Shown here piece after piece: positions 60,730 through 64,000 of a DNA stretch of 64,000 nt. Source of the DNA: Bacteroidales bacterium (GTDB lineage: Bacteria > Bacteroidota > Bacteroidia > Bacteroidales > UBA932). Within the stretch, counting starts at the first letter, position 1. Every line of letters begins with the position of its first letter. Location of the stretch: assembly GCA_017458265.1 (NCBI GenBank), contig JAFTFV010000023.1:27916-91915 (forward strand), read 5' to 3'. A program made the position numbers and the translations under genes. Below the pieces are notes generated by a model, which was not told the DNA's origin, searched no databases, and was given only the letters and a program-made list of their open reading frames with translations.

Positions 60730-61707
60730 ATGAGTACACTTACAGTTTCTCCGTCCCCGCACATCCACTCGAAGGACTCCACAATGAGCCTTATGAGGGA
60801 TGTCGTGATTGCCCTTGTGCCGGCGGTTATCTGCTCCTTCGTCTTCTACGGCTGGAGAGAGATACTCCTCATGCTGGTGAGCGTCGCATCATGCGTTTGC
60901 CTCGAGTGGGCCGTCACCAAATACATGCTCAAACAGCCCTCTACCATAGGTGACCTTTCTGCAGTGGTAACAGGTATCCTTCTGGGCCTGAACCTTCCCT
61001 ACAGCACTCCGCTGTGGGTGGTGTTCATCGGCGCAGTGGTGGCCATCTGCGTTGCCAAGCTTACCTTCGGAGGCATCGGCCAGAATATCTGGAATCCCGC
61101 CCTTGTGGGCCGAGTTTTCCTGCTGGTTTCATTCCCTACATATATGACCACCTGGGGCGCTCCCCAGGGTGTTGTGGACGCGGTTTCCGGTCCTACTCCC
61201 CTTGGCGCAATCCAGGAAGGCCTGATGCAGGGAGCATCGGTCCAGGATATCATGGCAGAGCACGGCTACAGCTATTCATCCATGCTGTTCGCAAACCTTG
61301 GCGGCAGTGCGGGTGAAGTCTGCGCCCTGGCTCTCCTTGCAGGTTTCGTATATCTTTGCGTCCGCAAGGTCATCAAGCCCTGGATCACCCTCTCAATCTT
61401 TGCAACCGTGGCTGTTACGGCCCTCATCTTCTGGGGTATCAATCCGGCCCGCTTCACCGACCCTCTCTTCAACCTGCTTTCCGGCGGTCTCATCCTTGGC
61501 GCCTGCTTTATGGCAACCGACTATGTGACATCTCCCATGAGCGTCTGGGGCGGCGTGGTGTTCGGTATCGGTATCGGCTTCCTTACGATGATGATCCGTT
61601 ACTTCGGTTCCTATCCGGAAGGCGTTTCCTTCGCCATCCTTATCATGAACTCTGTCGTTCCGCTGCTTAACATGTGGTTCAAACAGAAAAAATTCGGGAG
61701 GAAATAG
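60730..61707 (+). CDS. rnfD: Rnf complex subunit D
   Basis: SPSPHI, KLTFGGIGQNIWNPA, SGPTPL (FMN-Thr), FMATDYVTSP. Confidence 0.95.
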   Translation: MSTLTVSPSPHIHSKDSTMSLMRDVVIALVPAVICSFVFYGWREILLMLVSVASCVCLEWAVTKYMLKQPSTIGDLSAVVTGILLGLNLPYSTPLWVVFIGAVVAICVAKLTFGGIGQNIWNPALVGRVFLLVSFPTYMTTWGAPQGVVDAVSGPTPLGAIQEGLMQGASVQDIMAEHGYSYSSMLFANLGGSAGEVCALALLAGFVYLCVRKVIKPWITLSIFATVAVTALIFWGINPARFTDPLFNLLSGGLILGACFMATDYVTSPMSVWGGVVFGIGIGFLTMMIRYFGSYPEGVSFAILIMNSVVPLLNMWFKQKKFGRK

Positions 61708-61709
61708 CT

Positions 61710-62291
61710 ATGGCAGTAAAGTCCAATCTTACCAACATGGTTCTGGTGCTCGGCCTCACCTGCCTGCTTTGCTCGGCTATCCTCGGCGGTGCATACGTGC
61801 TCACAAAGGAGCCCATCGACGCAGCTGCAGTGGAGAAGACCAACAAGGCAATCGCCCAGGTGCTGCCGCACTTCACTGATGCCGAGTACAATGCCGAACA
61901 AGGCTACTACACCGCAAAAGACGGTGAGAAGCTCGTCGGCTATGCAATTGAATCCACCACTGTGGGCTTCGGCGGAAACCTCAGCCTGATGGTGGGCGTC
62001 ACTCCGGACGGAATCGTCTACAACACTTCCGTGCTGTCACATTCCGAGACTCCCGGCCTGGGAGCAAAGTGCACCAGCGACGGGAAGTTCGTCAGCCAGT
62101 GGAAGGGATTCGACCCCTCAGTCAAGAAACTCATCGTCAGGAAAGACGGCGGTGACGTAGATGCAATCACGGCTTCCACAATTACTTCCCGCGCCTATGC
62201 GCTGGCGGTGGAGAACGCCCTTGAGAAGTTCTCTGTCATTTCGGGCGAAGCCGGGAAATCTGAAAATATAGGAGGACAAGACAATGAGTAA
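61710..62291 (+). CDS. rnfG: Rnf complex subunit G
   Basis: GFGG, HSETPGLG, DAITASTITSRA (FMN-Thr). Confidence 0.94.
   Translation: MAVKSNLTNMVLVLGLTCLLCSAILGGAYVLTKEPIDAAAVEKTNKAIAQVLPHFTDAEYNAEQGYYTAKDGEKLVGYAIESTTVGFGGNLSLMVGVTPDGIVYNTSVLSHSETPGLGAKCTSDGKFVSQWKGFDPSVKKLIVRKDGGDVDAITASTITSRAYALAVENALEKFSVISGEAGKSENIGGQDNE
62234..62261 (+). repeat. TGTC-tagged repeat, copy 7, in frame in the rnfG 3-prime end
   Basis: TGTCATTTCGGGCGAAGCCGGGAAATCT; peptide SVISGEAGKS. Confidence 0.75.
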
Positions 62292-62871
62292 CAGGCTGAA
62301 ACTTATCGGTGACGGGCTTGTAAAGAACAACCCCACCTTCGTGCTGCTGCTGGGTATGTGCCCTACGCTGGCAACCACCACATCGGCAATCAACGGCCTT
62401 TCCATGGGTCTTGCCACGCTCTTCGTGCTGGTACTTTCCAACATGGCCATTTCCCTGATCGCCCCGGCTGTTCCGGACAAGGTTCACATCCCTGTGTACA
62501 TCGTTGTCATCGCTACCTTCGTGACCCTTCTCCAGCTCCTCATGCAGGCCTATACTCCGGCCATGTATGAGACACTGGGCCTGTTCATTCCCCTTATCGT
62601 GGTGAACTGCATCGTCCTTGGCCGTGCAGAGGCATTCGCCAACAAGCACGGCGTGCTGGAGAGTGCATGTGACGGTCTTGGCGTAGGCCTCGGCTTCACC
62701 TGCTCGCTTACGGTCCTTGGCCTCGTGAGGGAAATCCTTGGTTCCGGAAGCGTGTTCGGCTTCAACTTCATCGGCGGTCATGACGGCATGCTTGCTTTCG
62801 TCATGGCTCCCGGCGCTTTCCTCTGCCTTGGCTATCTGATGGTATTGTTCAACAAGTTCTTTAAGAAATAA
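62284..62871 (+). CDS. rnfE: Rnf complex subunit E
   Basis: NPTFVLLLGMCP, IPLIVVNC, GRAEAFA. Confidence 0.95.
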   Translation: MSNRLKLIGDGLVKNNPTFVLLLGMCPTLATTTSAINGLSMGLATLFVLVLSNMAISLIAPAVPDKVHIPVYIVVIATFVTLLQLLMQAYTPAMYETLGLFIPLIVVNCIVLGRAEAFANKHGVLESACDGLGVGLGFTCSLTVLGLVREILGSGSVFGFNFIGGHDGMLAFVMAPGAFLCLGYLMVLFNKFFKK

Positions 62872-62874
62872 GCT

Positions 62875-63474
62875 ATGGAATACTTCCTTATCATTATATC
62901 GGCGATCTTCGTAAACAATATCGTCCTGGCGCAGTTCCTTGGAATCTGCCCCTACCTTGGCGTGTCCAACAAGCTTTCCACCGCAACGGGCATGTCAATG
63001 GCCGTGTGCTTCGTGATTACCCTGGCAACCCTGGTTACCTATCTGGTGAACATGTACCTTCTGGTGCCCCTCAAGATAGAATTCCTCCAGACCATCGCCT
63101 TCATCCTCGTAATCGCGGCACTTGTGCAGATGGTGGAAATCGTCCTCAAGAAAGTGAGCCCGTCCCTGTATCAGGCACTGGGTATCTTCCTGCCCCTTAT
63201 CACTACCAACTGCGCCGTACTGGGCGTTGCAATCAATGTGGTTACGAAGGAGTTCTCCTTCGTTCCCGGCGGCATGCTCAACCTGCCCCAGGCACTTGTG
63301 TATGCGTTTGCTACATCCCTCGGCTACGGCCTTGCAATGGTGATATTTGCTGGTATCCGCGAGCATCTTTCCATGAATAATGTGCCCAAGGCATTCAAGG
63401 GAGTCCCCATCGCTGTCATCAGCGTTGGTATCCTGGCTCTCGCATTCATGGGATTCAGCGGTATGGTGAAATAA
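62875..63474 (+). CDS. rnfA: Rnf complex subunit A
   Basis: [31 protein letters not shown]. Confidence 0.95.
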   Translation: MEYFLIIISAIFVNNIVLAQFLGICPYLGVSNKLSTATGMSMAVCFVITLATLVTYLVNMYLLVPLKIEFLQTIAFILVIAALVQMVEIVLKKVSPSLYQALGIFLPLITTNCAVLGVAINVVTKEFSFVPGGMLNLPQALVYAFATSLGYGLAMVIFAGIREHLSMNNVPKAFKGVPIAVISVGILALAFMGFSGMVK

Positions 63475-63489
63475 TAATCTGATTGATAT

Positions 63490-64000
63490 ATGAAAAGAAT
63501 TCTTACGGCTTTTGTTTGCATGCTGCTGTCGCTGACGGCCCTTGCCCAGTCGGCCAACATGATGGCTTTAGCTCAGGCGGAACTTCAGAAACGCGGCCTC
63601 AACGAGACCGAAGTCCGCGCCCGTCTCCTTGAAGAAGGCATTGACGTGGATTCCATTCCTACAAGCGAATATGCTTCATACCAGGGCAGGGTGATTGAAA
63701 TCCTTAATAAGATGCAGGCAGAGAAGGCGGCTTCATCCAATGGCGCCTCCAATGCTTCTTCAGCGACTTCCATCGGCTCGGAAATCATTGTGGAGAATAC
63801 TGAGACCGTCACCGCTGCCGAACTGCCGCAGACCACCCTTGGTGAGGCCGCGGCAGAGCAGGCCCTTGAAAAGGCCCTCGACGACAACGGCGTGAACCCC
63901 AATGCCGGCAATGACATCTACGGACATTCCCTGTTCACGGGAAAGTCGATGGATGTTTTCCGTACTACGGACGGTGCCCAGGCTCCCGAGACCTATATCC
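63490..64000 (+). CDS. SLBB-domain polysaccharide export protein (Wza/KpsD-like), N-terminal part; runs off the window end
   Basis: Manual translation from ATG at 63490: MKRILTAFVCMLLSLTALAQ...IYGHSLF...DGAQAPETYI, resembling the IFG..F...P..Y start of Bacteroidetes capsule exporters. Confidence 0.6.
   Translation, partial: MKRILTAFVCMLLSLTALAQSANMMALAQAELQKRGLNETEVRARLLEEGIDVDSIPTSEYASYQGRVIEILNKMQAEKAASSNGASNASSATSIGSEIIVENTETVTAAELPQTTLGEAAAEQALEKALDDNGVNPNAGNDIYGHSLFTGKSMDVFRTTDGAQAPETYI

Overview
A gene-dense, GC-rich chromosomal window from a Bacteroidales bacterium. The assignment rests on TAnnTTTG promoter motifs, the atpD-C-B-E-F-H-A-G operon order, and DUF4271-hemD-rnpA-yidD and rseC-rnfBCDGEA synteny. 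Most of the window is housekeeping or metabolic: a pentose locus (galM, GH51 arabinofuranosidase, xylE, split transketolase), two tripartite efflux systems (one with a frameshifted TolC), F1Fo ATP synthase, a GH77 glucanotransferase, pgk, lgt, holB-ricT, trmB, dnaB and the Rnf complex. The unusual layer is small palindromic repeats. (1) An HUH/Y1 REP-associated tyrosine transposase (RAYT)-like gene at 6343-7269 lies, together with a passenger gene, between two 4-unit tandem arrays of a 52-bp-period hairpin repeat; a 2-unit copy recurs at 35779-35864 and a related 52-bp-period inverted doublet at 33593-33699. (2) A ~29-bp TGTC-tagged palindrome occurs 7 times, three of them in frame inside proteins (MATE pump, DUF2723 glycosyltransferase, RnfG). 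(3) A near-identical 122-bp MITE/REPIN-like element occurs twice in inverted orientation around three genes. (4) ATP synthase gamma carries two hairpin-forming 51-nt (17-codon) tandem duplications. I found no CRISPR array, tRNA or rRNA. All product calls come from reading motifs by eye; no database search was run.
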